Under the pieces are notes generated by a model that was not told the DNA's origin, ran no database searches, and was given only the letters and a program-made list of their open reading frames with translations. The translations under genes and the position numbers were made by a program. Source: Phaeosaccion multiseriatum (Eukaryota; Protista; Ochrophyta, other classes). Taken from it: 64,000 nt of DNA. The DNA is taken from positions 2,852,001 to 2,916,000 of the forward strand of contig OZ218960.1 of assembly GCA_965112735.1 (NCBI GenBank), in the 5' to 3' direction. Each line of letters opens with the position of its first letter. Position 1 is the stretch's first letter. This document shows, one piece after another, positions 63,980 through 64,000 of the stretch.

Positions 63980-64000
63980 TGTCTCTCTCTCTGTCGGAGT

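Overview
Eukaryotic, GC-rich, intron-rich genomic DNA, most likely from a plastid-bearing stramenopile. That assignment is inferred from a bipartite-type presequence, EsV-1-7 repeats and RXL motifs. The introns are filled with (CCCT)n, (CACT)n, (GT)n and (GGGTGA)n microsatellites, so most ORFs in the supplied track are artefacts. I reconstructed spliced genes by hand from GT-AG sites and frame continuity. In order: an organellar cysteinyl-tRNA synthetase (-, runs off the left edge); a 19-exon, ~2,200-aa type-I membrane mucin-like protein with Pro/Thr repeats, Lys-rich KxxK blocks, a fasciclin (FAS1) domain and five Cys-rich modules, built by tandem exon-intron duplication; a cluster of TE remnants (copia RNase H, gypsy-type chromodomain, hAT C-terminus); a secreted Ser/Gly/Tyr/His-rich precursor with four RXL sites, next to a 308-bp palindrome; a low-complexity hypothetical gene; an LRAT/NlpC-P60 protein; two ankyrin genes (one with a ~1-kb GAG tract and a UIM); an ~11-kb EsV-1-7-repeat gene with a possible WRKY/GCM1-like C-terminal domain; a CLC channel with a Ser-to-Gly selectivity-filter change; a composite minisatellite; TGS1; TRAPPC2L; and RPB4. 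The most unusual signals are a dispersed 12-bp DNA word (TTGGTGATACAG) present on both strands and in several reading frames, the modular silaffin-like surface protein together with the RXL precursor, and microsatellites that appear to be seeded from splice signals.
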